NCBI GenBank assembly: GCA_040954595.2
Contig: CM082578.2
Coordinates: 11,601,166-11,665,165 of the forward strand
Source of the DNA: Balanoglossus misakiensis
Lineage: Eukaryota; Animalia; Hemichordata
DNA length: 64,000 nt
Reading direction: 5' to 3'
How positions within the stretch are numbered: the first letter of the stretch is position 1; each line of letters starts with the position of its first letter. The notes beneath the pieces are model-generated. The model did no database searches, had not been told where the DNA came from, and saw only the letters and a list, made by a program, of their open reading frames with translations. Shown piece by piece: positions 63,601 through 64,000 of this stretch. Both the position numbers and the translations under genes were made by a program.

Positions 63601-64000
63601 TTTTCGACTTTGCGAAATTTCAAAATTTCGTCGATTTTTGAAAAAATCATGGGTTATAGCTCATGAAAATCATCAGAAAATGACAATTTTTCGACTTTGC
63701 GAAATTTCAAAATTTCGTCGATTTTTGAAAAAATCATGGGTTATAGCTCATGAAAATCATCAGAAAATGACAATTTTTCGACTTTGCGAAATTTCAAAAT
63801 TTCGTCGATTTTTGAAAAAATTATGGGTTATAGCTCATGAAAATCATCAGAAAATGACAATTTTTCGACTTAGCGAAATTTCAAAATTTCGTCGATTTTT
63901 GAAAAAATCATGGGTTATAGCTCATGAAAATCATCAGAAAATGACAATTTTTCGACTTTGCGAAATTTCAAAATTTCGTCGATTTTTGAAAAAATCATGG
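57688..64000. repeat. 87-bp satellite DNA array (>70 monomers, continues past window end)
   Basis: Consensus GAAAAAATCATGGGTTATAGCTCATGAAAATCATCAGAAAATGACAATTTTTCGACTTTGCGAAATTTCAAAATTTCGTCGATTTTT. TCATGGGTTA recurs at 57744, 57831, 57918 and onward (period 87). The first 1-2 units are degenerate and the rest are near-identical. Confidence 0.99.

Noticed and set aside
54538-64000. CRISPR-like interpretation of the palindromic repeats
   Set aside because: Sequences between repeats are near-identical rather than unique spacers, no cas genes are present, and the context is eukaryotic.

Overview
Eukaryotic, gene-poor, AT-rich DNA, most consistent with a marine invertebrate, possibly a deuterostome (inferred from the GPCR type, the repeat types and strong TACATGTA enrichment). 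There are two secure genes: tRNA-Asn(GTT) at 4394-4467 and a divergent rhodopsin-class GPCR whose seven TM helices lie in one exon (36685-37809, +). Mobile-element remains include a solo LTR with an exact 4-bp TSD (32195-32944) and a Penelope-like RT fossil (~21.7-22.0 kb, -). Weaker candidates are a DIRS-like RT fossil, a Crypton-like element, a second solo LTR and a decayed tandem-CUB coding relic. The last ~9.5 kb is mostly tandem DNA in two arrays. (i) About four head-to-tail copies of a 553/554-bp unit bounded by ~42-bp inverted repeats, so each junction is an 85-bp palindrome and each unit carries a tRNA-like Pol III A-box/B-box/oligo-T cassette. (ii) An 87-bp satellite running to the window end, with internal dyad symmetry and 17-mer and 29-mer higher-order duplications. 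Nearly all short ORFs in the track, including the long satellite ORFs, are judged non-coding. All coordinates and counts were read by eye.
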